Shown: positions 1-1,714 of the stretch, piece by piece
Layout: each line of letters starts with the position of its first letter
How positions within the stretch are numbered: the first letter of the stretch is position 1
Assembly: GCA_000004985.1 (NCBI GenBank)
Contig: GG739339.1
Source of the DNA: Naegleria gruberi
Lineage: Eukaryota
Reading direction: 5' to 3' (one strand)
DNA length: 1,714 nucleotides
The notes under the pieces: model-generated
Told to the model about the DNA's origin: nothing
The model's database searches: none
What the model saw: only the letters and a program-made list of their open reading frames with translations
Program-made: the position numbers and the translations under genes

Positions 1-7
1 TGAAGGG

Positions 8-313
8 TCAACTGCCACCAATCTCTTCTAGTTTTCCAATGTTCAAAAGATACATGATGGAAATATATTCATTGTTATTAGTGGAATGTGTGGTCGTGTC
101 ATTGCTCTCTATTGAATTGAATGGTTGGTATTGAGTGTAAATCTGATCTACAGGCTGATATGCAATCACATTTTCTACATTATCGGTAGTTTTCTGAGAT
201 TGTTCATTATTTTCATTTCCAACATTCAATTCGGGTTGGTTATTCGAAACTTCTTCATGTGCTGGCTGAATTTTCAATGCATCCACCTTTTCAGAAGCTT
301 GCTCACTTGTTGT
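8..313 (-). CDS. In-frame continuation of the membrane-protein frame after the TAA at 314-316: 101 open codons, N/Q/T-rich and probably disordered (..YQPVDQIYTQYQPFNSIESNDTTTHSTNNNEY..), ending at TGA 10-8. The track's M at 286 is a GTG.
   Basis: Ends 610 and 286 are in the same frame (610-286 = 324). The only stop across 622..11 is TAA at 316-314. An open frame this long in AT-rich sequence is unlikely by chance, so this is likely current or former coding sequence of the same gene. Confidence 0.4.
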   Translation of the reverse strand, partial: TTSEQASEKVDALKIQPAHEEVSNNQPELNVGNENNEQSQKTTDNVENVIAYQPVDQIYTQYQPFNSIESNDTTTHSTNNNEYISIMYLLNIGKLEEIGGS

Positions 314-544
314 TTATTCAACTTGAATTTCTGGTGAATTATTTCCTTTTGAATTGGAAATTGGATGAACAGTTGCAGAGGAAGATGATTTAGTTCTAAT
401 TTCAGGTTTAGTTTCTTCTTTCGAAATGTGATTTCCCAAGTCAAAATCAAGATAACCCTCTCTGTAAACTAAAACCCCAGTGACTAAGAAAATGCAATAA
501 CAACACAAAGTGAACCCAATTGTCAATGCAGCAAAAGAATACAT
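314..544 (-). CDS. Small single-pass membrane protein, 76 aa from the first ATG (544-542) to TAA (316-314). It has an N-terminal transmembrane helix (YSFAALTIGFTLCCYCIFLVTGVLVY, about 464-541), then a charged Ser-rich tail.
   Basis: Track ORF 314..610 starts at TTG (610-608), not a real Met. The frame is open upstream to a TGA at 625-623, and the first ATG is at 544-542. A 26-residue hydrophobic segment is followed by REGYLDFD and KEETKPEIRTKSSSS. Same strand and orientation as the Cys-rich gene, about 100 nt downstream of its stop. Confidence 0.5.
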   Translation of the reverse strand: MYSFAALTIGFTLCCYCIFLVTGVLVYREGYLDFDLGNHISKEETKPEIRTKSSSSATVHPISNSKGNNSPEIQVE

Positions 545-646
545 GATTCCAAATTTGTAAGGTGTATATTCATTGGTTGTAGCAAATTCAGAGTATGATT
601 GACTGGCCAAAGAGCAAGATATTCATCCTCACAATAGTAATCTGAA

Positions 647-715
647 TTACAAGCCCGTAGCATTAGTTTGAGTTTCATATTTCATTGTAATTGTTGGTGT
701 CCAACATTCTCTACA
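647..715 (+). repeat. Copy A of a ~65-70 nt direct repeat (3' end of the Cys-rich CDS including the stop).
   Basis: Plus 661-710 (cattagtttgagtttcatatttcattgtaattgttggtgtccaacattct) against 1432-1480 (cattagttagactttcatattttattgtaactgttggattcatcattcc) is about 40/49 identical by hand alignment with one 1-nt indel. Confidence 0.7.
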
Positions 716-1003
716 TGTCACTGTACACAACCTGTCAGCCACACTATTACAACATCTACAACTATAAAAAGTACAACTTCCCTTATTGGAACAAGTTCTA
801 CAAGTATCACAACAAGTACTGCAACAATGATAACCATCACAACAACTTGAAGAGGAATTGATGACCAACATTTGTTGCATGATACTACAAGTATTTCCCC
901 CTCCACAACTACTGCAATAAGAGCAATCTTTGGTGCAACATTTTGATGACAAGACAGTAGTGGCTATCACTGTGCATGTTGTGGGCAGAAAGGTTTCTTT
1001 CAC
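647..1003 (-). CDS. Cysteine-rich low-complexity small protein (23 Cys in 118 aa; CC doublets, repeated TCCD units). Probably the terminal exon of a split gene: the track's M at 1003 is a GTG (Val), with no ATG at the 5' end of the frame. Stop TAA at 647-649.
   Basis: Longest open frame in the window (119 codons, open from 1018 down to 650). The stop and the last ~20 codons are conserved in a second copy at 1421-1490, and the substitutions between copies are conservative in this frame (I/V, M/I, T/S). The same ACA/TGT codon repeat gives Thr- and Val-rich ORFs in the other frames, which I consider artefacts. Confidence 0.55.
   Translation of the reverse strand: MKETFLPTTCTVIATTVLSSKCCTKDCSYCSSCGGGNTCSIMQQMLVINSSSSCCDGYHCCSTCCDTCRTCSNKGSCTFYSCRCCNSVADRLCTVTCRECWTPTITMKYETQTNATGL
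745..905. repeat. Codon-level low-complexity tract rich in ACA/AAC/CAA on plus (TGT/GTT/TTG on minus), with an internal tgttgtgat recurrence. It produces three overlapping ORFs in the track (Cys-rich, Thr-rich, Val-rich).
   Basis: Runs such as acaacaagtactgcaacaatgataaccatcacaacaact. Track ORFs 647..1003(-), 668..850(+) and 718..906(-) all derive from this tract. Confidence 0.6.
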
Positions 1004-1004
1004 C

Positions 1005-1133
1005 CTGATCTCAGCTGTTTAATAGCAGTTTTCTGTAAATTATAATACTATTTGAATGATTACGTACGATAGGTCTCCCTGATGAATTATGTTTCACATC
1101 ATTAATAAGATATTTAGGAAATATATTACTCAC
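1005..1133 (-). other. Putative spliceosomal intron (129 nt): donor GTGAGT at 1133-1128, acceptor cag at 1007-1005. Splicing joins gg|g and keeps the hydrophobic N-terminal exon in frame with the Cys-rich ORF (..IFFG-G-VKETFLPTTC..).
   Basis: The donor matches GTRAGT consensus. Only this acceptor (gatcag|G) of the AGs I checked preserves the frame. The polypyrimidine tract is weak. The better-looking tttacag acceptor (AG at 1034-1033) would instead give a 38-aa peptide ending KLLLNS* at 1011. Confidence 0.3.
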
Positions 1134-1205
1134 CCAAAGAATATTCCAATCCATATTGAAAACATGACAATCATTAAGGTTCCGACTGTTGTTAGCAAAC
1201 AGCAT
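1011..1205 (-). CDS. 64-aa ORF from the track (ATG start). It overlaps the proposed exon 1 and intron in a different frame, and is probably not a real protein.
   Basis: Its composition is the N/I/K-rich product typical of AT-rich non-coding or out-of-frame sequence. The overlapping +1 frame gives a coherent hydrophobic leader ending exactly at a GTGAGT donor. Listed because it has a genuine ATG. Confidence 0.15.
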   Translation of the reverse strand: MLFANNSRNLNDCHVFNMDWNILWVSNIFPKYLINDVKHNSSGRPIVRNHSNSIIIYRKLLLNS

Positions 1206-1228
1206 GCTATCATTGAAAACTGTCTCAT
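1134..1228 (-). CDS. Putative exon 1 of the Cys-rich gene. ATG at 1228-1226 in aaaatATG context. It encodes a hydrophobic signal-peptide or signal-anchor-like N-terminus (MRQFSMIACCLLTTVGTLMIVMFSIWIGIFFG), and the frame ends at a GTGAGT donor.
   Basis: Hand translation of the minus strand gives a 31-codon hydrophobic frame from ATG (plus cat at 1226-1228). Its TGA stop is part of a consensus GTGAGT donor (plus actcac 1128-1133). This frame (codon starts at 1 mod 3) is the same frame as the Cys-rich ORF beginning at 1003. Confidence 0.35.
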
Positions 1229-1307
1229 ATTTTCAATAAATTAACAGACAATAATTCGTCAATTGTTTTTCCGAGATTAAGATTGAAGTGCTAGCCCTCC
1301 TCTGCAC

Positions 1308-1320
1308 TATTTTTTAATTA
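1308..1320 (-). promoter_or_regulatory. TATA-like element TAATTAAAAAATA on the minus strand, about 80-92 nt upstream of the ATG at 1228.
   Basis: Plus 1308-1320 tattttttaatta. The whole region is AT-rich, so chance occurrence is likely. Confidence 0.12.
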
Positions 1321-1360
1321 TGGTGGAGCATGTGTTGTTCTTTGGAAAAGTACACTACTG

Positions 1361-1380
1361 TTGTGAACTTTTGTGAACGG
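1361..1380. repeat. Tandem 8-mer TTGTGAAC tt TTGTGAAC gg (minus: GTTCACAA aa GTTCACAA). It lies 133-152 nt upstream of the minus-strand ATG at 1228. GTGAACGG recurs at 1663-1670.
   Basis: Direct reading of plus 1361-1380 (ttgtgaacttttgtgaacgg) and 1661-1670 (gggtgaacgg). Confidence 0.5.
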
Positions 1381-1420
1381 ACAATAAGAGTACAGAAAAA
1401 AGAGCACAAGAATACATGTA

Positions 1421-1490
1421 TTAAACTGTTTCATTAGTTAGACTTTCATATTTTATTGTAACTGTTGGATTCATCATTCCAAAATAATCA
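1421..1490 (+). repeat. Copy B of the same direct repeat, about 770 bp from copy A.
   Basis: Same alignment as above. One codon indel near the stop. Similarity decays at the B-copy acceptor site. Confidence 0.7.
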
Positions 1491-1495
1491 GATTG
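1421..1495 (-). CDS. Paralogous 3' coding end (QSDYFGMMNPTVTIKYESLTNETV*, stop TAA 1423-1421). It is preceded by a nematode-style acceptor ttttcccttgcag (AG at 1497-1496). Either the terminal exon of an upstream paralog or a truncated relic.
   Basis: Nucleotide and peptide similarity to the C-terminus and stop of the Cys-rich gene (WTPTITMKYETQTNATGL*). Its frame is open only back to a TAA at 1555-1553, with no ATG before the MM at 1477-1472. I could not find an upstream exon in the window with compatible phase. Confidence 0.35.
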   Translation of the reverse strand, partial: QSDYFGMMNPTVTIKYESLTNETV

Positions 1496-1714
1496 CTGCA
1501 AGGGAAAATTGTTGCCATTCTCTCTTCGGCTCTTAACAAAGACATCAATAACTTAAAAAAACAACTACAAATTTTTAAAAAATGGCGCTTCCATCTTGTT
1601 CCAGTTATTGTAAAAATAGAGAGAATCACCAACAATAACTTCATTATGAATCAACAGAAAGGGTGAACGGTTAATGTATAGCACATTGTCTCAATGTCTT
1701 GGGTAACATATCTA

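Noticed and set aside
288-294. Plus-strand ttttcag acceptor-like motif
   Set aside because: There is no supporting plus-strand coding frame on either side. It lies inside the minus-strand open frame.
314-316. Reassigned genetic code (ciliate-type, TAA = Gln) explaining the in-frame TAA
   Set aside because: The Cys-rich gene and its paralogous copy both end at a conserved TAA that behaves as a genuine stop. Readthrough there gives only QFRLLL* before a TGA. GC content and intron sizes do not look ciliate-like. Kept only as a low-probability alternative.
125-337. Plus-strand 70-aa ORF (hydrophobic, F/I/L-rich)
   Set aside because: It is antisense to the better-supported minus-strand frame and has an alternative start. 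A hydrophobic translation is the expected artefact of reading AT-rich coding DNA in reverse, and there are no splice or start signals.
287-340. Small in-frame intron (21 or 36 nt) that would remove the TAA
   Set aside because: The candidate donors (gttgaa) and acceptors (purine-rich ctgaaaag or gtgag) are poor. A 21-36 nt intron is implausible for the splice style seen elsewhere in the window.
668-850. Plus-strand Thr/Ser-rich 60-aa ORF (mucin-like)
   Set aside because: It starts at TTG, not ATG. It derives from the same ACA repeat as the Cys-rich minus frame, which alone has a conserved paralogous C-terminus and stop.
718-906. Minus-strand Val-rich 62-aa ORF
   Set aside because: It is the GTT reading of the same codon repeat, nested inside the longer Cys-rich frame, with no independent support.
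464-1228. Homology between the two hydrophobic N-termini (MIACCLLTTVGTLMIV.. vs FAALTIGFTLCCYCIFLVTG..)
   Set aside because: The shared CC and T[IV]G features are within what unrelated TM segments share by composition. This is insufficient to claim common origin without a proper alignment.
1-1714. Prokaryotic defence island, toxin-antitoxin pair, CRISPR array or mobile element
   Set aside because: No repeat-spacer architecture, inverted terminal repeats, RBS-led ORFs or recognisable enzyme motifs. The sequence behaves like eukaryotic gene-dense DNA.

Overview
The window is AT-rich and low-complexity, and it reads like eukaryotic genomic DNA rather than a prokaryotic locus. No ORF has a Shine-Dalgarno site. 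Three of the track's ORFs begin at GTG or TTG codons that the ORF caller printed as M. Consensus spliceosomal signals are present: a GTGAGT donor and TTTCAG-type acceptors, including ttttcccttgcag. The ATG at 1228 has an A-rich aaaatATG context. All coding signal I can support lies on the minus strand, in tandem, 5' to 3' on that strand. (1) A partial upstream paralog ends at 1421 and extends past the window end. (2) A cysteine-rich small-protein gene runs 1228 to 647. I propose it is split into a hydrophobic N-terminal exon (1134..1228) and the cysteine-rich ORF, separated by a ~129-nt intron. (3) About 100 nt downstream, a single-pass membrane protein gene has its ATG at 544-542. Its frame runs on for another 101 codons across one in-frame TAA (314-316), down to 8. 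The last ~65 nt of the Cys-rich gene, including its TAA, is repeated at 1421-1490 (~80% identical, conserved peptide PT[IV]T[MI]KYE[TS].TN). So this looks like a tandem family of small secreted or membrane Cys-rich proteins. I see no recognisable prokaryotic defence system, CRISPR array, RNA gene or mobile element. Coordinates are from hand translation, and the splice models and organism type are inference.
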